DNA of 64,000 bases. Origin: Anthoceros angustus. Lineage: Eukaryota > Plantae > Anthocerotophyta. A program made the position numbers and the translations under genes. Under the pieces are notes generated by a model that was not told the origin of the DNA, did no database searches, and was given only the letters and a program-made list of their open reading frames with translations. This document shows, one piece after another, positions 13,166-23,197 of this stretch. The stretch spans positions 372,001 through 436,000 of the forward strand of contig MU008189.1 in NCBI GenBank assembly GCA_010909165.1. The letters run 5' to 3'. Each line of letters opens with the position of its first letter. Position 1 is the stretch's first letter.

Positions 13166-15197
13166 ATGAAGGCGCGGGGGGCGTGCTGGGTTCTGGCAGT
13201 AGTGGTGGTGGCGTGTTTGGTGGGATCGCGTTTGTGCAGTGCGGAATCGGGCGGGGATGGCCCAGGGAAGGAGGCGGAGGTGGCGTCATGGGTCGGGCTG
13301 GCCAGCAACGTGCTGCGCGCGGTGATGCAGCTGCGCCGCGGGGAGGAGGAGTACTCGTGGCCGGAGCTGAAGGTGACCCCAGGCTGGTGGTGGCGGTGGT
13401 GCTGGGGGCCGTGGGGCGTGCCTGTCCAGTGCTGGGGGCGTGGGGAGGGGCTCTACGTCCCGCTCTTCAACCTGCTGCTGGGATTCGACGCCAAGACCGC
13501 GGCGGCGCTGTCCAATTTCATGATTCTCGGGGGGAGCGTGTCCAATGTGGGCAGCAATCTGCGGCAGCTGCACCCGGAGGTGGAGGGGGAGCCCGTGATC
13601 GACTTCGACGCGGCAATGCTGCTGCAGCCCAACATGCTGTTGGGCATCAGCTTGGGGGTGATTTGCAATGTCATGTTTCCCAGTTGGTTGATCATCGCGC
13701 TGCTGGCGCTCACGCTGGGGTACATGACCGTCAGGAGTCTGCGGGGCGCGGTGAAGCGCTGGGCGAACGAGTCGCTCAAGCTCAGGGAGAGGCCGTGCTT
13801 GTCCGAGAAGCGTGAGAAGGGGGATCTGACCACGCCTTTGCTCCTGTCCACTGGCCACGGGACGAGCACGGGGGAGCCTGAGACTGCCCACCTCAAGGCC
13901 AAGGACGAGGATGGCTGTAAAGGAGTGAGTGCTGCGGGGCGGCTTTTTATCAAGAACGAGGCTTTGTTTCTCAGTATTCCGGACATCAACATGAGCAATC
14001 CTGATGCTCACATGCACGCAAATGCAAAATGCAAGGCTGGAGATGTGGAGAATCAGTCGACTTCCAATCCACCCACTCCCAGGACGCCTGGTACGCCGAC
14101 TCGTCCCAAGCTCACCAAAAGTTTGACTATGGAGAAGGTGTTGAAAACCATGGGCACGGATAGAGAAGAGGAGCACGGCCTCCACAACACCCCTTCCCCC
14201 GCTTCTCTTGATGGTGCGCCCATTCACGAACGATTCCCTCTGAGGAAGTTGGGGGTGCTGGCTCTCGTGTGGTTCGTCTACTTCGCCATCAACGTGATTC
14301 GAGGCGGCAAGTCGAGCCAGGTTTGACATTCGTCTTGCTTGACAAGTTTGATGTTGCAAGCTCATGTGATTGCGTCTGTGGGCCCCAATTTCTGCAACTC
14401 ACATGGTGAATTCTGCTGCAGAGCTTGTTCAACGTGAAACCATGTGGCGTCGGATACTGGCTCTTGACAGCCTCGCAGCTTCCTGTCGCTTTGGGATTCA
14501 CAGTCTTGGCTGCCCTGGAGGCCCACAAGTCCAGCGACGACTCCAGCACTGGAGACCAGGTACTGGCGGTTCTCATCCCCGAATTTTGCACTGCAACGTT
14601 CTAAGGGCCCAGAGATGCTCAACCTGTCTCCAATCTCCTTGTCATGCAGGAGGAGCATTTCTCTTGTGGACACAAGGCCGGAGGTCTGCTTCCAGTGATG
14701 GCTTTCCTCGCTGGACTACTGGGAGGCATGTTGGGCATTGGGGGAGGCATGATCATTAACCCTCTTCTTTTGGAAATTGGGATGTGTCCCCAGGTTGGTA
14801 CATCGCACTTCCACCAATTTTTTTCTCTCATGCTCTCGCTTCTTGCTTCATCAGAAAGCTAACCATTGCAGCACCCTCTCTCCAACAGGTGACAGCGGCT
14901 ACATGTGCTTTCATGGTCTTCTTCTCCTCCTCCATGTCAGTGGTGCAATATTGGCTACTGGGCCGTATACCAATGGATCATGCCCTCTTGTTTGCTTTGA
15001 TATGCTTCGTGTTTTCGCTAGTGGGGCAGATCGTGGTACAGCGTATCATCATCAGGTATGGGAGAGCATCTATCATCGTCTTCTCGGTCTCGGCTGTTAT
15101 CGGCCTGAGTGCTGTAGCCATGGCCGGTTTCGGAGGCTATGAAGTTATCCAGCAATATCTTGGAGGAGGTTATATGGGATTTCACCGACCTTGCTGA
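13166..15197 (+). CDS. Sulfite exporter TauE/SafE family membrane protein (exons ~13166-14320, 14422-14793, 14889-15197), with apparent homopolymer frameshifts at ~13376-13451
   Basis: LYVPLFNLLLGFDAKTAAALSNFMILGGS, IDFDAAMLLQPNMLLGISLG, GLLGGMLGIGGGMIINPLLL, VTAATCAFMVFFSSSMSVVQY, and C-terminal YMGFHRPC. Confidence 0.92.
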
Positions 15198-16048
15198 GGG
15201 GGAGCGGGCCCGACTGCCATGAGTACCGAAGGAGCTCACACCCACTCTCACAGGTACATTCAACGGCACCTCGTTGCATCGTTGCACACAACCTGCCACC
15301 TCTAGTCCAGACGGGACACTCGTACTGTAGACCCGTCCAGGCTGAAGCTCTACTGACAAGTTCGTCCTAGTTTTCCAGAGCTGGTTGTACTAATTGCACA
15401 CTGCCAGTCCACTGATATGTCAAAGTAATGGCTTGAGATCCGTAACTTATGACACGATACTCCACCTAAAAAATGGTTAAAGGGGTGAAACTTTACTGAT
15501 TGTAGAGGGTGTGTTTTAGTGTATCATTAGCATTTGTATCCCTATATTTGTGTTCCCCATAAAACAGACTGCCTGAGAACCAGCAGTTTACCTCCAGCAG
15601 TATTCACCTGCTAGAAGTTTCGAAATTGTAGCACCATTTGCGCTTGTGCACAATCCTCCCCCTTGCGTAATACTGACGATTGCAGAAACGGTATGCAAAT
15701 TGCAAGTCCTGAGTCGTCGAAGGTGGGCCATCTGAGATCGCTAAAGCTTGTAAAACAGGTTGTTGCAAAGGAAACGACAAGCTTTCTGCATTCTAACGTT
15801 GAACCTTGTGCATGTCTCGGAATACTTCAAGGGATGTTGGGGGGCGCCTTTTACTGACATGCAAGAGCCATTGCAATTCTGTGCAGGACAAACTGAGTTT
15901 CTAGTACTCTTGTATGTCAGCAGCAGCTGGGTATCTCAAGTCGATGATCTTCCCCTGCTCGGATGACCTCAAGCTTCCTGTTTGCGTGCTCCGATTTCAT
16001 CGAAAGTTGGCAGCAGGCAGCAAACATTTTACGGAAGTTCAAAGTGAC

Positions 16049-17530
16049 TCATGTTTCCCGACACCCGAGTCCGAAGGAGGTAAAGCGAGTCTCAGAGACA
16101 ACGTGGAATGCAGGACTGAACATTTTATAGGGGATGCCGGAATAATCGCAGAGCAAATTTTGCCGAAGGAGGTGCCAGGTGTCTTCTGGAATATTGTATG
16201 CAATCAGGTGAGAAAGAACCCCTGGTTGGCCAACCTCAGGTATGTGCAGTCCCAAAGTGAGGCAGATGCAATCCCCTACCATCAGAGCATCGATTAGCGT
16301 GCAATTGGAGATATTTATGGTCTGATCCAGGGAAGCAGCCCTGTCCATGGCCATCTCTGCTCCTACTGTTCCGAGACTGTCCGGCAAAACGGACACCTTG
16401 TCCCACATCAGACTGCTCTGATCCAGTTTCCAAATCCCGCACCTCATACACTGATCCCTGTCCACAGACTCTCCCACGCAAAATATACTCCCGCAGTGCT
16501 CCAGCAGTTCACACACATCCCCCATGTCGTGGTAGCGCCGATCTGGGTACGCAGCATGGAACTCGGGTTCTGGAAACCTGCGCACAACCTTGCCGTCCTC
16601 CACGCTCTGCACGGCAAAGTGGTTGAATCTGCCGAGGGAGTAGAGCAGCCCGTTGCAAAGCAGGTAGTGGGGACACGACCAGCGTAGGGAGTAAGGGAAG
16701 TAGTCGTCCCTGAGCCCCAGCTCCAGCAGAATCCGCTTCCACGCCTTCATCCGGGAGCAGTACAGGGTGACAGTGAGCCTGCTGTCGCCTCGGAAGCTCC
16801 GATTGCTCATCACAATCACATTGAACCAGCGGGACCCTACTCCTCCTCCAGCCACCAGCTTCACTCTCCAGTCTCTGGTGTAAGGCTCATCCCGTGCAAA
16901 CTCCGGAGGCATCTCCTCCCACGTCCTAGTCACAGGATTCACCACGCAGAATCCGACGCTGCTCGACCCAGCAGCATCCGAATTCCCATTCCCGGACCTG
17001 GCCAGCGCCCGCATCCTGGCAGGCTTGATGATGCAGGCCAGGCCGTCTTGCGAGACAAATTCGTTGAAGTATCGGAACCTTTTGGGCAGGAAGGCGAGGC
17101 TGAGCCTGGTGCTCAGGGCTTGTCTGAAGATTGTGGGCACATGAGAATGGTGATGTGGCCTCTTGCGTCCCCAATTCGCAGGCCGGTACTCGATGGCGCC
17201 GATCACCGGCTCAGAATTGGGCACAATCAGAGCAGCACTGCGGATCAAGAAGGGCTTGGAGGAGAGCAAGGCCTGCCAGCGCTTGCACACGGCCTGGAAT
17301 CGGAATCGGCTGGCGGGAGGGAGAGTTGCCAGGATCATTTCCAGCACGCCTTGCGGCAGCCTGCTCCACATGGAGGCTTCCATCTGGGCAGAGGAACCTT
17401 GGTGCATGGATCCATCGAACCTGCCTGTTAGAATGTGCAACAGAAAATGGGGCTCCGAGTGTACGGGCACGTCGAGGCCGTCCTCGTCACTGCGATCTCC
17501 CTCGGAATCAGAGTCCCAGATCATTGCCAT
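16049..17530 (-). CDS. F-box protein with a C-terminal beta-rich (F-box-associated/kelch-like) region, single exon
   Basis: 493-aa ORF. F-box WSRLPQGVLEMILATLPPASRFRFQAVCKRWQALL, plus SQDGLAC and FCVVNPVTRTWEEMPP typical of plant F-box proteins. Confidence 0.9.
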   Translation of the reverse strand: MAMIWDSDSEGDRSDEDGLDVPVHSEPHFLLHILTGRFDGSMHQGSSAQMEASMWSRLPQGVLEMILATLPPASRFRFQAVCKRWQALLSSKPFLIRSAALIVPNSEPVIGAIEYRPANWGRKRPHHHSHVPTIFRQALSTRLSLAFLPKRFRYFNEFVSQDGLACIIKPARMRALARSGNGNSDAAGSSSVGFCVVNPVTRTWEEMPPEFARDEPYTRDWRVKLVAGGGVGSRWFNVIVMSNRSFRGDSRLTVTLYCSRMKAWKRILLELGLRDDYFPYSLRWSCPHYLLCNGLLYSLGRFNHFAVQSVEDGKVVRRFPEPEFHAAYPDRRYHDMGDVCELLEHCGSIFCVGESVDRDQCMRCGIWKLDQSSLMWDKVSVLPDSLGTVGAEMAMDRAASLDQTINISNCTLIDALMVGDCICLTLGLHIPEVGQPGVLSHLIAYNIPEDTWHLLRQNLLCDYSGIPYKMFSPAFHVVSETRFTSFGLGCRET

Positions 17531-19022
17531 TCCTCCCTGCGAGCAATCTTTGTTCTGGCGAATTCCTCACAGCAGAAGATGCGGCTACGCCTCCACTTGG
17601 TGGAGCCCTAACCGTACACGTATTGCCCGTGCAAAGCAAAATGGGCGAATACCGTAACACATATATTCCTGGGTCCTGGGTTTAGTTCTTTGAAGCAGGA
17701 CGCAACCTGAGTTGGCAACATGTTTCCAATGACATCATCCGGCTCGCCTTTTACGGACTTGCAAGGGCTCAAGAGTCAAGACTGGACTGCTCCCAGCCTG
17801 CCAATGCGTTTCATCAGCTGATGATAGATAGTTGTACACGATTCACGAGCCTGGTTTGGGGGTTTGGACATGTGCATCAGCAGTACTAGAAGCAATGCAG
17901 CATGCTGCTCCAAAAGGGTAGCCCAACCACAGCAGCAGGAAGGACAGAGAGGAGGACAGTTCTTCTTTTCCTTCAATCGCTGCGAGGATACTCCTGCTTT
18001 TCCTCAGGAGCTACCAAACTTGCAAGCACTCGACCCGCTGATGAGGAAAAAGTAGAAGCAGTGGGGACAGCATGAGGGTAAGCCAGGCCACCATGAGGGG
18101 AGCAATGTACAAGTTTTTAGGATTATTTATTCCCAAGAGTACGTATACAGTTTTTACAAATGCTGCAATGCCAGGCTGGGCAGCGAATCGCACTACCAAC
18201 CAGATACTAGCCAATGTATTAGAAGTCAGACCAGGCTCAAGCTAGCGCAGCTTGCCTTGAGCCGTGCACCCATCTATCTCCAGTTCTTGCCTCCTTGCAT
18301 CCTGGGACAGCTAGAGCTGCAAGATTGTCTGGGTCATTCAGACGGTCGTAGTCCCTACAATGAATGGTCACTTCATCTTCGAGTAAACCTGCCACCTAAC
18401 TTCCCCCAAAATGCCCTCACAGCTACCGAGACAGGCATTCGCCGTCCTGCTCCACACAGAGGAAACTACCTATCCATCTCTCTACCGTCCTAATCTTCTT
18501 ACTCTGACCCCAACCCCAAGCATTCAATACCATAACCAGGTTGCCTCCACCCCTACACGGGGCAACCAGTATCCAGACCTCCGCCACAGAGGTCCATCTG
18601 ACACCACCACCGCCACTACCCCGAGCCCCTCCCAACAAATGAGTTAAACCACCACAGGCTAACAAACCTCAACCAACCTGGGTGTCATGAGTACTAACCA
18701 ATCTCGCCTCCATGCCTACACTCCTCCAAGCTCCTGTACCAAAACTACCTTACGTGCAAATCAGTGGTATGCTACTTTACAGAGCCACGGGCTGCACCCA
18801 GCCCTGGCCACGAGAGTGAGCGTCTGTACAAGAGAAATCAATTATTCCGAACAGCAAGCCACCGCTCCATCTCCTCCTGGTCATCTGCACACACAAAACC
18901 CACCACACCATAAAGCAGAGCCACAAAAACAGAAGCAGCCCGCAACACCCCGAGCCAAACAACCACCCCACAAACCCACAGACGCAATGAGCAGCGCAGC
19001 AATCACCTTGGCGGCCCCCACC

Positions 19023-19415
19023 TAGGCACCGGAAGAGCCCCATTGCAGGCGCACCATCCTGCATCCCGCCCCGGTTGAATGCCAGCCGCGGGGACGCGGA
19101 CCGGTAACAGGGCACCAGCACCGCGAAGCTGGCGTCCTCCTCCAACGACTCCCGCTCCAGGAAATTCCTGGCATGCGGCTCCAGCCAGCCCACGCCCCAG
19201 TCCCAGTCGGAGTCGTCCGAGTCGGAGCCCGACATGGAAATCCCGTCGCTGGGCACGATCACCACGTCGAATTCCGGGTCGATCTGCGCCCCCCTTCGGT
19301 CACGCCACTTGCGCACCTCTCGCCTCCGCCTCCCGCTCCGCCCGGGCGCCGCCTCCGCCTGGCCACCCGCCTCCGCCCTCTCCCCGCCCGCAGCGTGGTT
19401 GAATCTGGGCAGCAT
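19023..19415 (-). CDS. Conserved plant protein of unknown function, first exon (further exons likely at ~17.7-18.4 kb, not resolved)
   Basis: IDPEFDVVIVPSDG..SDSDDSDWDWGVGWLEPHA..SFAVLVPCY resembles a conserved land-plant family. GC-rich coding bias ends at a GT donor near 19022. Confidence 0.65.
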
Positions 19416-19627
19416 GTTGTCCTGCGGCTGGAACCTTTCCGCAGCGGCAGCCGCAGCCGCAGCCAGCGGGCGCCGTGGCCGGCCCCGGAGCCCACAGCCC
19501 AGGAGACAGCGCCAGAGCCGCCGTCACCGCCATCTCCACCGCCTGCTCCTTCCTGTACCGCACCAGCCTCGCCCCGCCTTCCCCGCCTCAGCCACCGCTC
19601 CCTCCACCCCCACGGCCCCATTCCCAT

Positions 19628-19716
19628 GCCTCCTCCTTCTCCTCCTCCTCCTCCTCCTCCTCCTCCACCTCCTCCTCCTCCACCTCCTCCTCCTCTTCCT
19701 CCTCCTCCTCCTCCTT
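19628..19716 (+). repeat. Imperfect (CCT)n microsatellite
   Basis: ~29 CCT/CCA/CTT triplets upstream of the gene starting at 19415. Confidence 0.95.
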
Positions 19717-20971
19717 CACGCTCCAATCCAGCTCCGCTTCCCCGAATTCCCCAAGCCTCCGCAATTCCTGAGCTCCGTCCGCCTCCGAGCCCTCTCCGCG
19801 CCGGGGTCGGGCCGCCCGCGGCCCGCAATGACACTGTCGGGGAAGCCACTTCTCCTACTGGAGGCCCTCATATGCGCCACTGGCCAGCCGCAGCCCCAGC
19901 CCCAGCCCCAGCGCCCCGTAGAGAGAGAAAACAAAAAATCCTTTCCGTTCGCTTTTGAAGTTATGTACATATGTACATAACTCCCGAGTCCCGCCTCTCT
20001 CCCCCTATCGCCCACAACGCTATTCAACTCCCCCCTCATTGGTGCTTCCTCAGGCTCACGCTCGCATGTACGAGTCCATATCCGGTAATTCTGTATCGGG
20101 TCATACCTACCTCTCAATCAATTCATACAATTCTATTTCGCACGGTTCTAACAACATCACACGAGGGGAATTCGACTGGTAGCTCCCCAACATGGAAATG
20201 AAGCAGCTGCCACACATACATATATGCATATACCCAGTGGATGGGAATTATGGATGGTTTGTTGCACTGGGTGCATGGAGTTGTGGAATGTTGGCTTTGG
20301 TTCGAACTTGACGCTTGCAGAAAGCGAGGCCCAAGGCACAACAAAGGATAAGGTAACCGGGTGTGCGTTGTTCGCCGGCCTCATGTTTGTTTCGCTCCAT
20401 TAGCCTATGATCCTTTGCATGGAAATCTTCCTCGGCCTGGCGCCAGAGGCCTGGGGTGGGGAAGCGTGAGGCCGGGTTTTGCTCTCCGTACAATCATGAC
20501 GTCAGGGCTGTCAGTTCCAGCGCGCGTGAAGCGCACGCTCTGCCGCCGCGCTGTGCGCCACTTTTTAAATGCCGGCATGGAATCCCGTTTCACGGCGGAC
20601 CCCGTTCCGAGCTGCCCACGCTGGGCGCCGCCTGCGCCCTCGGGACGCCGTTTCTCTTTCTAATCTCGGCTGCCACCCTGCCACCCTGCATTACCCATGC
20701 ACAAAAATCCAACCCTTGCGGGACGGCATTGTCCACCCTCCCTCTTCCTCGCCCCTTCGGCATACACATGTACTTGACCAACATGTGAGGGATATCAGAT
20801 TCATTGAATGTCTTTTAGTGAGTACATTGATTATTTATATATGAATTATTATTAAATATAGAACAAAAATTTTTCATTATTGCCAAGGCCAACAAGCTTG
20901 GCATGTCTGTCTAGCACACAAAAAGATAGGAGATTGTAAAATTGCACACGAGAGCATATCGCATAAGAGAG

Positions 20972-21026
20972 CAGCTCGCACATCATAGTACAAAACAACA
21001 GCTCGCACATCGTAGTACAAAACAAC
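20972..21026. repeat. 27-bp tandem duplication
   Basis: cagctcgcacatcatagtacaaaacaa / cagctcgcacatcgtagtacaaaacaa. Confidence 0.9.
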
Positions 21027-21165
21027 GTTCCATCTACTAGAATAACTCGCAATTTCCTCACCAATCACTCTCCAAGTCACAGCTGTCTCAGTTGCCCTCT
21101 TCACAATACGCTTCTTGCATTCCATATCTAGACTTGGTCCTCAACTACTTCGTCTTAGGACTCCA

Positions 21166-21616
21166 TCAATTGACTTTATGATGTGTTTTAGCCTAATTTA
21201 GATGATTGTACTATCATGTATTCAAAACCTTTAAGGTATTCAAGTAAAATATTTATATTAAATATTAAATATTAAATTTGATTTTTTCAAAAATTGGTTA
21301 GGTATAAAAATAATTTTGTGAAATATTATTCGATGTACCTAGTCCTAATACCTAAGAAGTAGGCATATGTCAATTAAGAAGTCAATTGAAGGTCAGTTGA
21401 CTTTATGATGTGTTTTAGCCTCATTTAGATTATTGTATTATCATGTATTCAAAACCTTTAAGGTATTTAAGTAAAATATTTATAATAAAATAAATATTAA
21501 ATCTGAGTTTTTCAAAAAATGGTTAGGTATAAAAATAATTTTGTGAAATACTATTTCATGTACCTAGCCCTAATACCTAATAAGTAGGCATATGTCAATT
21601 AAGAAGTCAATTGAAG
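21166..21616. repeat. ~227-bp AT-rich tandem duplication (21166-21392 / 21393-21616)
   Basis: ttgactttatgatgtgttttagcct...ggcatatgtcaattaagaagtcaattgaag occurs twice with scattered substitutions. Confidence 0.92.
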
Positions 21617-22333
21617 TGCTAATGAATATATTGGAAACTACTCCTTGATCAAATCCTCCATATATACGAGATTCTACAACATTATAAGGAACATGATATG
21701 TAACTACTCTCACAATATCTGGCAATTTTCTATTTCTTGTCTTCTGTAAGGTAAGCGCATTTTTGTTTTCATATAAGAAGCACATATATTTATTAAAATA
21801 TTATGGAATGTTTGATATATATTGTACTGAATTAATGAATTGTTTTATTGAAAAATCTTCTTTTAAGGTCAAATGATTGATACTTACTATGTGCAACTTT
21901 CTTTTCTTCAAAGAGGATTCGACCATTATATACTAAAAAAATAGTTGGGGTATGAGATGTAGAGGAATATGAATGTTTTTTAATATCTGCAAAATTCTCG
22001 TATTATGCTTCAAAATCCATGTTTTAGTGCTAATTCGGGCCTTCATGGCTGCTCTTGTATGCTTTCTCATAGATTCCTCATCCATCGCACCTAAAATTTC
22101 TTATGTTTTATGCATGCCACTCGAATTAACTTGATGGAAAAAAATGATTTAATTGAACAACTGACTATGTCTACACTTCTTTTGGATGTAACAGTTTTAT
22201 TGGAAAAAATGGAAACATTTTTCCATTAAATTGATACATCCAAACAAATTCCAAAGATAGTAATTAGAAGTGGTTGAATCTTTCTCGATTTTACAAATAC
22301 AATCTATATGATAGTTTTTTCTAGAAAAAGAAA

Positions 22334-22906
22334 ATGCCAAAACCTTATTTTCCTAAGTTGTACTCCATCCGACCAGCTCACAATAGACGGTACACTGGGA
22401 AAGCAGATAATGTAGATCCTCATGATTCTGATCTCCAGCAACCTGCTCCCCCTGAAAGAGTCAAGGTTCCATGCAAGCAATTAGATATCTACACTGATCC
22501 CACAGTGGGTGGCTTGTCGCCTGAGGATCCTCTTAATCCTCGTAGCAAATACACTCCAATGCTGTACTCTATGGCTCCGGCTCACAATAGAGATTATTCT
22601 CTTAGGAAGACATATTTAAATAGATTAGTTGAATGGCCATCAAAACCTGACGAAATCCACCGCTATGATAAAGTTAAATGGACTCCAATAAAGCCTGATA
22701 CCAGACCAAAAGCAAGGGCTGATACTATGAGAACAGATGAAAGACTCAAAACCTTACCTAAATTCCAAGTAAAAAGATACTCGTTACAAGAGCCACAGCA
22801 GGATAAAGCAGCCAAATTGGATTTTGAAAAATTCAAAAAGCTTAGTCCACATGCTTTTGCCACAATCAATGGTTGGGCTCGACGTGAAAGAGATCATAAA
22901 ATATAA
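22334..22906 (+). CDS. Single-exon 190-aa basic Pro/Tyr/Arg/Lys-rich protein of unknown function with an internal repeat
   Basis: Long ORF in very AT-rich DNA, good start context aaaATG, internal duplicated motif YFPKLYSIRPAHNRRY / YTPMLYSMAPAHNRDY. Confidence 0.75.
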   Translation: MPKPYFPKLYSIRPAHNRRYTGKADNVDPHDSDLQQPAPPERVKVPCKQLDIYTDPTVGGLSPEDPLNPRSKYTPMLYSMAPAHNRDYSLRKTYLNRLVEWPSKPDEIHRYDKVKWTPIKPDTRPKARADTMRTDERLKTLPKFQVKRYSLQEPQQDKAAKLDFEKFKKLSPHAFATINGWARRERDHKI

Positions 22907-23197
22907 TTGACTTAGACTTTCTATGTAGATAAAATTGGGTGTATATAAGTAGTATGTTTTATATAAAAACATATCCAATATGTTTATGGTCGGTATTTGA
23001 TGTGATATGTATTAGATTTATACAAAGTACTTATAGATGGTTGGTCATATGACAAATCAGTATATCTACAAAAATACTTTTTTTGGTTACAATCATTGTT
23101 TGTTGTAGATTGTATGAAAATTATTCACTAGACTTCAATTTGATAATCAAACAAAGAATTTAGTCACTTCTTCAAAATACATCTGCAAAAAACTTGC

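Noticed and set aside
11129-13308. Several 100-240-aa ORFs between the methyltransferase and TauE
   Set aside because: GC-rich or low-complexity DNA overlapping UTR and promoter regions. No recognisable domains or consistent exon structure.
13286-14365. Long antisense ORFs (also 37197-38192 and 58315-59394)
   Set aside because: Shadow frames of GC-rich coding exons.
19173-19980. Poly-Pro, poly-Leu and poly-Gly ORFs
   Set aside because: Translations of the (CCT)n microsatellite and of the antisense strand of a GC-rich exon.
20209-20286. Imperfect hairpin (acccagtg...cactgggt)
   Set aside because: The stem is too short and mismatched for a miRNA precursor.
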